Shown here one piece after another: positions 54,701-64,000 of a stretch of DNA of 64,000 nucleotides. The notes beneath the pieces were generated by a model. It saw nothing but the letters and a program-made list of their open reading frames with translations. It searched no databases and was not told the DNA's origin. The position numbers were made by a program, and so were the translations under genes. Numbering within the stretch: the stretch's first letter is position 1; every line of letters begins with the position of its first letter. Source of the DNA: Gnetum montanum (lineage: Eukaryota > Plantae > Gnetophyta); NCBI GenBank assembly GCA_015680685.1, contig MNCI01003408.1, positions 99,841-163,840 on the forward strand, in the 5' to 3' direction.

Positions 54701-57246
54701 AATGGTCAATTGTTTAGGCCAAAAATTAATATTTACCCTTCATTTACAAAACCATTCATCACTAAATTCTGTATATGTGTACCATGGCAAAATATAGCAT
54801 GCATCAGTGACTTGTTGGTTAAGGCTTGTGGCTTTCATCCTACAAGTCACACACAGAGTTGGAATTTCAATAAAAATTCTGCTAGCATACAAATTTTTAG
54901 GATATGTTTAAAGCAAAATAAGAGACTATAAAGCCCTTCACCAAATATCAGACTGATACAATCATAAAACAATATTTTTGTAATGGCATCCACAGTATAG
55001 TAGTATAGTACTCATCTTAAAAAACAAAGGAGAGGTTCAAAACCATGGGAACTATAAAGAAATCAAGCTTATGAGTCATACCATGAAATTATGAAAAGAC
55101 TTATAAAACAATGTTTAAGGCAAAAATCAATTATTTTTGAGAATTGCTTTGGTTTTATGCTTGGAAGATAAACCATGGAAGCTATTTTCTTCATAAGACA
55201 ATTAATAAAAAAAAATTAGGTGTAATAAGAAGTATCTACATATAATTTTCATTAATTTGAAGAAAGTATATAATAGAGTTCCTAGAATACTATTTGATAG
55301 GCATTAAAGAGGAAAGATATTCCTATAGGATACATGAAGACTATTCAAGACATGTAGGATAGAGCCACAATTTGAGTTTGCACCAGCTATGGAGAGACCA
55401 TAGACCTCCCCATGAAGGTAGGTCTACATCAACAATTTACTCTAGCTATTTACCATTATTATAGATGAGCTAACTAAAGAAATTCAAGATGATATCCCTT
55501 GATATATACTCTTTGCATATGATAGTGTATTTGTGGATATATCTAAGGAAGCCATGGCTATAAAAATGGAGACTTAGAGAAGTACCCTAGACTCAATGGA
55601 ATTGAGAATTGGTAAAACTAAAATAGAATACATTATGTACATTTTTAGTGTAATGAGTAATCAAGAAATGAAAATTAAAATTCAAAACCAAAAAACTACT
55701 CAATATAAACAACTCAAATACTTAGGGTCACTTGTTCAAATGGACAACAAAAGTAACAATAATGAGACAAATGGAATTAAGGCAAGATAAATGAAATGAT
55801 GAGAAGCTAGTGGTGTGCTTTGTGATCCCTACTAAGCTGAAGAGAAAGTTCTACAAAACTACTACCAAACATATGATCCTTTATGGTGCAACATATTGGC
55901 CTATCAAAAAACATCAAGCTCAACATGGGCATGTAGCAAAGTTGCAAATGCTAAGGTGGATATTAGGTTGTCGCTAGGAAAGATCAAATCAACAACTCTC
56001 TTATTATGGAAAGTTTAAGAATAGGACCCATAATCAAAAAATTGAGCAAAGTTGTTTAAATTATTTGTTCATGTGCTGAGAAGACCAAAAAACGTACGTA
56101 TTAAGAAAGGTTACTTTATTAAAGTTGAAGGGGGAAAAAAAAAAGAGGTAGACCTAAACACACTTGATTTGCAAGCAAAAAAAAAATATTAAAGATTTGG
56201 GTATTAATGCATATTTGGCTCTTTTAACACAAATGAATGGTGGAAAAGAATTCATATAGCATATAATTATACTATAATATAATATTGTATGTGATATAAT
56301 ACATTTCATAGAAAATTTAAACTGTATTTGAATACGGTTTGTTGAATTACAAAAACGTAATGTACCTTTTGAGCAATGATATACAGTTACATGAATATCA
56401 AATTCTAACAAGGATCACGGATTCAATCCCAACAGGCCATTGAGATATACCAACATTATGCAAACAAATATGCAATTTAAAACAGTTTCAGTTTCAGTAT
56501 ACTGTAATTTAAAACGGTTTGTGCTGAGTAAGTTGAGCATCAATAATGATAACATTCAATTGTTGGGTTGGTGAGAGGCGGTCCAAACGATTCAAATAGG
56601 ACACAAGAACAGGTGTAACCTTATAAGTCCAGAAGGCAGTTTAATTGGATATTAGCCGTTGCTATATTTTCTAGAAGAAGGTTAAGGAAGAACAAAGTCA
56701 ACACACATATATCCAAATTATATTCGATAATAAGCCCATGCCCTCATCGGAAACTTGGGCTGGTAAACAGAAAGAGGGAGAGTGGAAAAGGATCCGACTC
56801 CGACCTTCTGAAAGTTGGTCCCGGACTCGTCATCGCTAACATCAACAACGGCGCTGAGATGGTTAATGAGGTCGAGCTCCCAGGTGTTTCTCTGGTTGAT
56901 TTTCTGAGGCAAGAATGCAGAAAATTAACGAAAATTTCATTTCTATATTTGGGGGGAAAAATCCACAGCGAACGAAAGTGAAAAGATAATGTTGGCTGAC
57001 ATTCTCGCTGGCAAGCTTGATGCAGTTGTGAAACAGTTCCAAAATCCGTTGGCGATCGAGAGAGAAGTGTTGCGCTTGCTCCTGCAATTGGCGAGTGGAA
57101 GTTGAAATGGAAGTGGATATTCTGCGAGTGGGATAGGCAGCCCTGGTGCGAGCACGCTCGCCACTGTCATCGTTTGGGCTTAGCAGCACCTTCGAAGGCG
57201 TCGCCGCTCGTGCCTTCAACGGCGTCTTTTGGCTCAATTCCGTCAT
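15128..57246 (-). CDS. CAPH: Condensin complex subunit 2 (CAP-H/Barren kleisin); 13 coding exons, about 666 aa (whole-gene span)
   Basis: Spliced exons give one open 2001-nt frame with consistent phases and GT-AG introns. Motifs: LFHNCIKLASENKINQRNTWEL, TNFQKASCTLEASVKIYSYRVDSVH, FDVAFTVDPLYQQTSAQFDEGGAEGLLLN, NSWAGPEHWKY, LPEDCHYEPEELVKLFL, VHICFICLLHLANEHNL. Confidence 0.95.
16870..17760 (+). mobile_element. Ty1/copia RT-RNase H relic
   Basis: GCSPIDSPMEANH, AFTDANWAGSPNDHRSTSGYCTFIGGNLVS, VVARSNAQAKYKA, HNPVQNDRTEHIEIDRHLIKEK. Confidence 0.9.
18015..20299 (+). mobile_element. L1-clade LINE copy A (EN + RT; 3' part lost in the assembly gap)
   Basis: CDIVCLQETKLQ, FKWSNRQQG, SGHCSLI, PFHFEATWLHKPWL, KLDITKAYDTLSW, KHYADDT (about 19905), YLGIPL, WANHFLTKKGRL; same family as 43550-49480. 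Confidence 0.9.
20300..20956. other. Assembly gap (N run)
   Basis: Run of n. Confidence 1.
20960..21250 (+). mobile_element. Ty1/copia RNase H relic
   Basis: CDNQVAIKVIQNLVYHGNNKRVEISVHFAHKK...QNLNEFTKAV. Confidence 0.75.
22071..22500 (-). mobile_element. Short 3' fragment of the J-domain LINE (end of J-domain, 3'UTR, poly(A))
   Basis: EAFKDFQQVIVFVDTKRHRAVLDAIH matches the ORF2 end of other copies; GT-rich UTR; ends CCTGAACTCTCTTCAAACAAAAA on the - strand. Confidence 0.75.
23080..23187 (-). CDS. CAPH: CAP-H exon 12 (VTKVDVDYDKTSKEFDVWMVKETLW...)
   Basis: TTCAG acceptor, GTTC donor; conserved V.YDKTSK.VDV..LKETLW-type motif. Confidence 0.9.
23386..23404. repeat. (CT)n microsatellite
   Basis: Direct reading. 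Confidence 0.9.
24365..26995 (+). mobile_element. 5'-truncated J-domain LINE copy B (post-RT, zf-RVT, accessory domain, coiled coil, J-domain, poly(A))
   Basis: SNHFLTGKG, EKIKLFLWLALQDMLP, LWFLWCTRNALAF, WDLVEQIGWADL, FFVQSSNMWKLQGFHFTFLKCL, CPCVIMNVN...LHSN...EAYKKFQQV; A-tail at 26980-26995. Confidence 0.85.
27500..29040 (+). mobile_element. Older diverged J-domain LINE copy D (accessory domain, coiled coil, partial J-domain)
   Basis: MEEDIMQYLGVPTDGKVILP, HFFVQSSILSKL*DMHFTFIKCL...VNIPKFFL, E/Q/K-rich tract, KCLYAILGIN...IILHPK (HPK at 29021-29029). Confidence 0.75.
30290..31480 (+). mobile_element. Internally deleted LINE copy F (ORF1 end, EN N-terminus, accessory domain)
   Basis: MKILSWNCQG at 30468, CNIVCLQETKLQ, WIMIGNFN, then a jump at about 30915 to VQSRYPHKLVGVHFVFLKHI...INVPHFL. 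Confidence 0.75.
32700..32851 (-). CDS. CAPH: CAP-H exon 11 (...GDLIANPQK)
   Basis: TAG acceptor, GTAAC donor; 152 nt. Confidence 0.85.
32960..32987 (-). CDS. CAPH: CAP-H exon 10 (28-nt micro-exon CINSGRRKS)
   Basis: TTTACAG acceptor, GTATAA donor; needed to match phases of exons 9 and 11. Confidence 0.75.
33079..33332 (-). CDS. CAPH: CAP-H exon 9 (...LPEDCHYEPEELVKLFLIPSIT)
   Basis: TTTCAG acceptor, GTAGT donor; 254 nt. Confidence 0.9.
33503..33635 (-). CDS. CAPH: CAP-H exon 8 (...NSWAGPEHWKYMKSKE)
   Basis: TTCAG acceptor, GTGC donor; conserved WAGPxHWK. Confidence 0.88.
33735..34036 (-). CDS. CAPH: CAP-H exon 7
   Basis: Within ORF 33711-34046; CCCAG acceptor, GTCAG donor; 302 nt fits phase. 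Confidence 0.85.
34134..34340 (-). CDS. CAPH: CAP-H exon 6 (VAFTVDPLYQQTSAQFDEGG...SFIK)
   Basis: CAG acceptor, GTAT donor; 207 nt. Confidence 0.93.
34475..34535 (-). CDS. CAPH: CAP-H exon 5 (IPAAVTLESSFDAFNVKKFD)
   Basis: TGCAG acceptor, GTAC donor; conserved TLESSF..LNVKKFD-type motif. Confidence 0.9.
34619..34668 (-). CDS. CAPH: CAP-H exon 4 (ENESEESGMDRKEQQKK)
   Basis: TCAG acceptor, GTTG donor; 50 nt restores phase; low-complexity linker. Confidence 0.72.
36363..38680 (-). mobile_element. SIRE/copia-like LTR (about 36363-37571) plus adjacent 3' internal non-coding region
   Basis: TGT start with a GAGGAAGGAGTTGAATAGG motif, TAGTGGTTCAGC..AGTCCACT, repeated GGTTGACCT motifs, CAACA end followed by reverse-complement PPT-like TCTCCC and TCCCCCTT.TTTGACATT. 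Confidence 0.5.
38686..39110 (-). pseudogene. Caulimovirid reverse transcriptase, N-terminal half only
   Basis: GLIRPSQS...FIVRNHAEVK*GKAQMVINY..LN, FSKFDCKSGYHQI, AFSTLQGLYEWTVMPFGLK, then truncation. Confidence 0.92.
39316..39753 (-). pseudogene. Caulimovirid aspartic protease
   Basis: AFIDTGATLNF and DIGLGVHF. Confidence 0.88.
40270..41355 (-). pseudogene. Caulimovirid capsid protein domain
   Basis: Arg/Lys-rich tract followed by CX2CX4HX4C knuckle CYTCKQQGHYAYEC (40384-40425). Confidence 0.85.
42286..42830 (-). pseudogene. Caulimovirid 30K movement protein domain
   Basis: NYVHLGQIDIMV...VILLDSRV...FQGRLDT...VQPNFQLAL.D. Confidence 0.88.
43650..44706 (+). pseudogene. LINE ORF1 (DUF4283-like)
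   Basis: Plant L1 ORF1 motifs as above; stops and frameshifts. Confidence 0.75.
44703..49182 (+). pseudogene. LINE ORF2 with C-terminal J-domain extension
   Basis: EN, RT and zf-RVT motifs followed in frame by the accessory domain; many TGG-to-TAG/TGA stops. Confidence 0.85.
51488..51720 (+). pseudogene. DnaJ-type J-domain at the end of LINE ORF2
   Basis: CPYIILGINYDCTWVELQRHIRRTLTCFHPDEG...ESTMQGLQQAANFVDTKLHRNTLN follows the J-domain pattern PY.ILG-helix II-HPD-helix III-helix IV. Confidence 0.8.
51719..51755. repeat. Poly(C) homopolymer of about 30 nt
   Basis: Direct reading. Confidence 0.9.
52866..52989 (-). CDS. CAPH: CAP-H exon 3 (ASCTLEASVKIYSYRVDSVH...EDMT)
   Basis: AACAG acceptor, GTGTG donor; 124 nt. 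Confidence 0.92.
53560..54370 (+). mobile_element. RTE-clade LINE RT relic 1 (interrupted at about 53760-53980)
   Basis: NYKGIKLMCHTMNLWKRVIEQCLRQE, RLHQGSTLSPYL, LDSKGLRISK. Confidence 0.8.
55000..56250 (+). mobile_element. RTE-clade LINE RT relic 2 with 3' region
   Basis: KNKGEVQNHGNYKEIKLMSHTMKL, FGFMLGR*TMEAIF, LRIGKTKIEY, KYLGSLVQ, EASGVLCD, LQMLRWILG. Confidence 0.88.
56805..56903 (-). CDS. CAPH: CAP-H exon 2 (KINQRNTWEL...TNFQK)
   Basis: CAG acceptor, GTCGGA donor; 99 nt, phase 0. Confidence 0.93.
57001..57246 (-). CDS. CAPH: CAP-H exon 1 (MTELSQKTP...CIKLASEN)
   Basis: ATG at 57246; donor GTCAGC at 57000; 246 nt. Confidence 0.88.
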
Positions 57247-58172
57247 GTTGCTTTCGCTGCGTGATCCCTCCAAGTTTCTTTCTTTCCTGCAATTTTTTGT
57301 TTCTTAAATCTTTTTCAGCAAAATTGATCAGACGCTCAACCAACCAAACAATGCAGACAAGCGCACTTTGCAACAGCAGAAGACGAAGAAATCCAGAATT
57401 TGACAGGGCAACACTGCTCGTTCTAACGCTGCTGAAAGGAAGCAAGCAAGCAAACGACCAGCACATTCTAATCCGCTCCGCGTAAAAAGCAAATGCAGCA
57501 GAAACTGCCACCGCAAAAAGCAGGTCCCATTGTACGGTTTGCTTTGTCTTCGAAATTTTTATTTCTTTCTTCTCCCGCTCGTACTCTTCCTTGAGTTCAG
57601 TAACTTCTCTTTACAATCAGCTTTTGCTGCCAGTACAGCAAATGTCCCGCGCGCGCCCTTCTTGAAACTTTGTTTTTTGAAATTGAAGAGGGACGTCAAC
57701 TTGGGTCCGCTCCATGGATCAAAAGCACGAATATGTGTTTTCATTTTTGTAATAAAAATTGCAAATCCAATGAGCGAAATGCATAAAACTTTACTCGGTA
57801 TAAAGAAGCAAAATTGTAGATATCTTCCACATGAGGTATGCTGAAATTTACCACATGCACCCTCGACAATGCATCAACCACCATATTGGATTTTCTACTT
57901 TTATGCTTCAACACAAAATTGAGCTCCTATAACTATGCAATCCAATCCACTTCATGTGCTTTGCATTGAACTTCATTTGTGAGTTTAGAAATTGAAGTGT
58001 TTGGTGGTCCAACATCAAAGTGAACTCCTAGAACAACAAATAATGCCTCTAATTTTTTATTTCTCGAAGAATAGTGTACAACTCCTTCTTATACATGTTA
58101 TATTTTTGCCTTAACTTACTCAACTTTTTAGAAAAAAAAAAAGCAATAGTCCTGCATTATTGTGAAAGTACT

Positions 58173-58979
58173 TGATGAAGCATCAATAAGATAGGCTACG
58201 TCAATGCATGCCCTTTGACGTAGGTATGTTGATGCTAACGTAGGTATTGCCTATATCAATGCATGTTGCATTTATGATACCTGTCGATCATAGCCTAGCT
58301 AAACTCTTTTAGTTTATTGTCGTATAAGTTAGAATATTAGAATATTTTTCCTCTAAGTGCTTGCAATGTGGATTCAAGTGATTGTACAAAATTTTATTTC
58401 AGTTCATGTGTACTTGGACACATTTGCTTGAACAAAAATAAAATTGAGATTTTTTCTACTAATTGAAGCAAATGGACTAGCATAAATCTACTTTTTAGCA
58501 ATTTACTTTTTTGTTATTAAGTAATTAATATTATAATTCATAAGCAATGTAAGTATGACCAGTTCAAGCATAGTATACTAACACTTGGTAATCCCAGTAG
58601 CAAATACTTGGTAACCCAACAACATTAGTATACGTTTAGGATGTGTACAACAAGTGGGAATAAATATTTTATGTTATGATAGTTAGTTAATAAATAAGTT
58701 AATTAGTTAGTTGATTTAAATATTAAATCTTTATTTCTTGAATCATTTAGCAAGTAGGATAAAATAATAAAAAGCATATAAATAAATATCTTATATCTCA
58801 GCCTCATTTAACCATATGTATAGATTAACACAAGTATGGATTGGGAAGATAATGACTTATGACTACATAATTCACTATCTAGGTATATTGGCTGCCTAGG
58901 TACATAAGTCCATAGAATTCAACTAGATCACATGTACAAGCTAGTGATTTGTATGGTTGAAGATATCCACTACTCATCA
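58173..58979 (+). mobile_element. Gypsy (Athila-like) 5' LTR
   Basis: TGATGA...TCATCA termini; followed by a decayed PBS-like GTCATTGCTAGAGA; homologous to 61622-62542. Confidence 0.7.
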
Positions 58980-59136
58980 TTAAGGTCATTGCTAGAGACT
59001 TAGTTTTGCTAAGTGCACTAAGTATTAGTTGATAGTGAACTCCTACAAAGTTGTTGTAAGGAAAATATAACAAATTATCCTTGATGCAAAATTATAATAA
59101 CATTCTATAAGGGCACACTTTATCAAAATCACTAAA

Positions 59137-61000
59137 ATGGCTTCATCTCGTAGGAATGACTCACCCCTACATTTCAATGATTCTAATCAACAACATGACA
59201 AAACCAAAAGGACTACTAGTGAAAAACCATAATAGTTAAAGGTGATCTATCCACATATGAATCCCTACTATCTAGATTTCTCTTTCATTTTTTACCAAGT
59301 TGAACAACTATGCTAGAGGAATATGCAAGATAATATTTTATTACCTCCTAATCAGTTTGGTCCCACAATGCTCATGGCTAATTTTTGAAAACTAGAAATC
59401 AAATCATCTAGCCTAGAGTATGGGGCAACAAGTCATACCTCCAAATACTATTAACAAATAGATGCTCAACTTAGAGAAGATCAACACATGGAGGCATGCT
59501 ATGAAGCCTCCAATGGCAAGAGGGTCTTGACATAATTATTTCTATAGTTACAAAAGGAGGGCCCTAAATTTTTCTCAAGGCAATCTCAACATCAAGATTC
59601 TCCTCCTTTTGGTGAGGAAGACATACCTCACCAACAATTATAATTAACATTGGAAAATAACCATGGTGAGGGGAGGACAAAGTCCAAAACTAGGAGAAAT
59701 TCAAGGCAAATATCTCCTAGTTGTTCATCAAAATAAAAAGAAAGGAACAAAGAATGATCAAGGAATCATAGGAAAAGGGCTAGTAGGCACCACTTTTGTA
59801 GTGCTTCACTTTTACCATCCTCCTCATTATAAAACTCTAATAGGAAGGATCGTGATCAAGATCAAAGGAGGAATGATTGGGACCAAGATGGAGATGATCA
59901 AAAATACCATTGCAGTGATGCGAGAAGGGAGTATAGCCAACCATAAGAGGAAGAGGAGCATCATCTGGAATGAAGGAACAATAGTACACATCATAGGAAA
60001 CATGACCATGATAGGAGTGACCATGAACACATTAACTATGATGAACAATTGCTTGTTACAAGGAACATGCTCAATATTTTGGAAGTGATTCAAATTTCTA
60101 CCAGGCATTAGAGGGATAGCAAAATTAAATGACTTGACATGAACAATATCCCTAAGTTTGAAGGAGGGGACAATGTTGATCTGCAACATCACTTAAAAGT
60201 CTTCCATGATGCCTATGCCTTGCAAAACATTAAGAACAAATGGTAAAATCTTAAAATGTTCTCAATGATGCTCATCAAAGAAGCTAAATGTTGGTACTGG
60301 TCATTAAAGCAAAAATCCACTCATAAATAAAGTGCAATGCTGGAGTTTTTCAATGATAAATACCATATGTACTCCAAGGTGTCTAATCTAAGAAAACAAA
60401 TTTGAAAATGGAAATAGGATAATCATGAATTCTCGGATGCAGCCTTGGACAAGTATTATTCTTTTTTGCACTAATGTCGAAGACCATGGATTTTCTCAAA
60501 TAGATTAGTTTTTTGATATTGTAAATAGACTCCAAAACAAAACTATAGAAACTCTTGGAGTCTATGCCCAATAGAGACTTTTAGAAATGAAAGCCTATCA
60601 GATTAAAAGGCTAATTGACCATGTGGCAAAAGAAGAAGGGGAGCTAAAAAAACAAGAAAGTGTAGAGAAATACTGCAAGGATCCCTTCATTTTCAAAAGG
60701 GAAGTATGTTTTTATGATTTACAGGAGGAAGCATCACTAGACAAAGTGGTGCAGAGGAAAACCTTGCCTATTCAAAAATTTATTACTAAAATATCACCTA
60801 AGGTGGATAAAATATGGGACTCCTTGGATGAGAAGCTTTAAACTACTCTCAATATTATGAAGGAGAAAATGGAGTAGGGAAGTAGACATAGAGATAGAAG
60901 GAGAAGAAAATATACAAGCAGGGACTACCATCAATAGAAAGGTACTATTGTAGCAGTTGATAAGGTTGCAAATTCAAAAATAGATGATGATGTGCCATTT
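59137..61000 (+). pseudogene. Degenerate gypsy gag
   Basis: NIPKFEGGDNVDLQHHLKVFHD...LKMFSMMLIKEAKCWYWSL...MLEFFNDKY (about 60140-60365); retrotransposon gag pattern. Confidence 0.75.
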
Positions 61001-61621
61001 ATCAACATGAGCATCCCAAGAGATGTTGTCTTGTAGTGTTACATCTACAAAAATCAGGGATGTACGCATCAAATCCACAATTGTCAAAAAGGCAACCATC
61101 TAGGAGATTGTCTTATTCACAATGTAATTCCACTCACCATGGTATTATCCAAGTGGAGCACCCTCTTAATGTTAGGAGCAGTATTAGCAATGGCAAAGCC
61201 CAGAGTTGTGGGGAATGCCTTGAATAAGAACATCATCATGTTGGCATAATAAAACAAAGAATTTTTCACCCAAAAAAACAAAAAACAAAAGAAAAGGAGA
61301 TTATGAAACATTGAAAGGAAGAAAAATCAAATGGAAGACCATTTGAAGTACCTTTAAGAGTAGTTAACACATGCCAACATAGATGCCTGCAAATTAACAA
61401 GAAAAGAAAGAAGTCTTTTGATGGAGAATGTAAGGACCATTAGATAGAGGTCAACTATTATGATTACAACATGGTAAAATGATGTGACTAAGCATAAGAA
61501 GATTAAGAATCATTACAAATATCGGGTGGCCTCCAAAAGGAGGTTAATAAAAAAGAGATTCAATTAGCTAAGGCTAAACTTAACACAGTCCTCTAGCAAC
61601 TCCCAAATTCTAGTTGGTAAT

Positions 61622-62542
61622 TGATGAGTCATGGTCTGTCAGGCCCAGTTATTGGAGCCCTGATACAAGATATGATTTTTCAGGCCCAGTTATTGGATCC
61701 CCGATATCGGGGTTGCATTAACTAGGCCATGTATACGAGGCCCCGTCAACGCATCCACCCATGCGTCGACATAGCCCCGTTTACGCAAAGTCTATTTTTA
61801 GCTTATAAATAAGTGGCCCTCCGCCACACTTAGGTACCTTTCTAGTAGTTGTAGTGAAGCCCTTGCATTTTGTTTTCATAGGAGTTAGAATATTTTCCCA
61901 AGTGCATGCCCGTAGTGTGATGCTTATAATTGTATGACACCTTTATTCGAGTGTGACGTACTTGGATGCGCACATGACCGAAAATAAAGATCGAGATTAC
62001 TTCATCATTGTAGCATTCACTTAGTTTTAATTGTTTAATTGTTATTGTTATTTATTATTTTCTTAGTTAATATTTCTTTATCATCATTTACTATTCCTGT
62101 TGTTAAATGTGGAATGAGTACGACTTAATCACAAGCATTTAAGTGTGACTACTTGGTAACCCAGTAGTGTACCTAGGATCCACGCTTGGTAATCCCAGTA
62201 GTAGTTGTGCACGAGGTCCAAGATGTGTACAGATGATTAAGGAACGGATGCTCATCGCACTTAGGTTAGCTTAGACTTCATTTCCCATTACTCATTAGTT
62301 TAATCAAGATTATATTTCATTGTCTTTAGGAGTAGCACTAGTTTAGGATCAAATCATACGCCTCACTTTGGACTAAACCATACGTGATAAAGAAAATACT
62401 AGTCTAGGTGGGAAGATAGCGAACTACGATCAACATGTGACTATTTAGATACCACAACTAGCCTATCCACAGAGTTCGACCGGATCGTGCGTGAATGCTC
62501 GTATTCGTATGGTTGAGTGTAGGGATACCTCGCCACTCATCA
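61622..62542 (+). mobile_element. Solo LTR with 5-bp TSD
   Basis: TGATGAG...CTCATCA inverted termini; GTAAT at 61617-61621 and 62543-62547; internal TATAAATA. Confidence 0.9.
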
Positions 62543-62554
62543 GTAATCCATCTT

Positions 62555-64000
62555 TGATGGCATCAATGCCATTAACTAGAAAAAGATCAAGGTAAAAGAG
62601 TTGCAAGTTGAAGACATGATGAAATACATAAAGCTTTCTTATGAATCATCAGTTGGCTGGGATATCACTAATGCTACGTCACATTTGTGATATCACTGAT
62701 GCTATATCACATTTGTTTGACAAAAAGTCAATTTTTGCTCAATTAACATATTAAAGCTCTAATATCTTAGCTTCAATATCGAAGCTGCAATGTTTCATAT
62801 CTGATATCAGATCACATGCTACATTATCAAATATCTTATATCAGGGGATGTGTGTTGACCTATAAATATAACACTTAGATGCATGGTTTGAAAGTTAGTT
62901 AGTCAATAGAGTAATCAAACTCTTGCAATTTTATTTTGTAGTCTAAGAGAATAGTTAGTGAGTGCCTATAGTGTGGATCTGAGTCAGTTGTATGGCATCT
63001 TATTTAAGTGGCAATGTACCTGGACACATTCCACGAACAACAATAAGATTGAGATTAATTCTTATTCATTGCAGCACTTTGAATTAGATTAGATTTACTT
63101 TCCATGTAATTTATTTTTCATGTAGTTAGTTAATATTAACGTTTCCATGCATATTAATGAACTGGTGGAATGATTGTGATCAATTTCGAGCATAAACACG
63201 TATTCGCTTGGTAATCCTAGTAACATTATTGCTTGGTTCACCCAATAGCATAGCACTTGATAATTCCAGTAGTGGATACGTGGGTTCAGGATGTGTACGA
63301 CAAGCTAGGAACAGACACTCATCACCTATAGGCTAGTTTTGACTTTACTTTCCATTGTTAATTAGATTAAACAATTAATTTCTTTATTGTCATTAGGAGT
63401 AGCCTAGGGCCGAACAACATCAAGAATCATATGCCTCACTCTAAACTAAACCATACATGACAAAGCGACCACTAGTCCAAGTGGGAAGACAGTGAACTAC
63501 AATTGAGGCATAACGATCTAGATGCCATGACTAGTTCCATCCATGGGATTTGACTAGATCATGTCTGAACACCTATGATTTGTATGGTTTGATGTAAGGG
63601 TACATTGCCACTCATTAGCAAAGCTCTTGCAGATTTGTATGGGGGAGTCAAGTCATTGTTGTAGCAAAGCTCTTGCAGTTTTTCCTTTTGAGAGTTAGAA
63701 TATTTCTCTAAGTGCCCATAACAGGAGTCAGAAGTGTATGGATCTTTATTTGAGCACTGTTGTACCTAAACCACACCAGTGTGTATGGCAATAAAGGAAA
63801 GTCTTTTAATCAAACCTTGCAGCATTTAGAATAGATTAATAATTTATTTTTGCATTTATTATTTTCATTCAATATGCAATTACGTAAGCTCAATTAAAAT
63901 TTAGGTGATTAGTTAATTAATTAAGCTAAATAGATTTAGCGCATGAGTACGATCACTTTAAGCATAAACACGTATTCACTTGGTAATCCTAGTAGTGTTA
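62555..64000 (+). mobile_element. Further nested or tandem LTRs of the same family (one ends at about 63617, another runs off the window)
   Basis: Shared blocks CTTGGTAATCC.AGTA, GATGTGTAC, GTGGGAAGA.AG.GAACTAC, GCCACTCAT.A. Confidence 0.75.

Larger units (their letters stand above)
56750..57720. promoter_or_regulatory. CpG-retaining island over the CAP-H promoter, 5'UTR and first exons
   Basis: Abundant CG dinucleotides (e.g. CCCGCGCGCGCCC at about 57646) against a strongly CpG-depleted window. Confidence 0.6.

Noticed and set aside
57102-57844. Several overlapping ORFs around the CAP-H 5' end
   Set aside because: By-products of GC-rich promoter/UTR sequence with no recognisable domains.
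59663-60192. Ile/Met-rich ORFs on both strands
   Set aside because: Off-frame readings of a low-complexity purine-rich tract in the decayed gag region.
1-64000. CRISPR arrays, rRNA/tRNA genes, prokaryotic operons
   Set aside because: Eukaryotic intron-containing DNA; no regularly spaced repeat-spacer array or structured RNA gene recognised.

Overview
AT-rich, repeat-dense plant nuclear DNA; the very long TE-filled introns suggest a large-genome seed plant, possibly a gymnosperm (inference). There is one intact host gene: condensin I kleisin CAP-H (NCAPH/Barren) on the - strand. I reconstruct 13 GT-AG coding exons over 15128-57246, totalling 2001 nt (666 aa). Its introns hold copia and RTE relics, a SIRE-like LTR and a ~4.9 kb endogenous caulimovirid (MP-CP-AP-RT polyprotein). 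They also hold seven pieces of one unusual L1-clade LINE family. In that family ORF2 continues past RT and zf-RVT into a conserved ~200-aa domain, a coiled coil and a C-terminal DnaJ-type J-domain (HPD motif), followed by a 3'UTR and poly(A). One copy is bounded by a target-site duplication. This J-domain-bearing LINE is the most novel signal in the window. Left of the gene lie a decayed intron-containing Helitron, an RTEX-like LINE and a possible CACTA relic. To the right is a cluster of Athila-like gypsy LTRs with a gag relic. All domain calls are by-eye motif recognition; no database searches were run.
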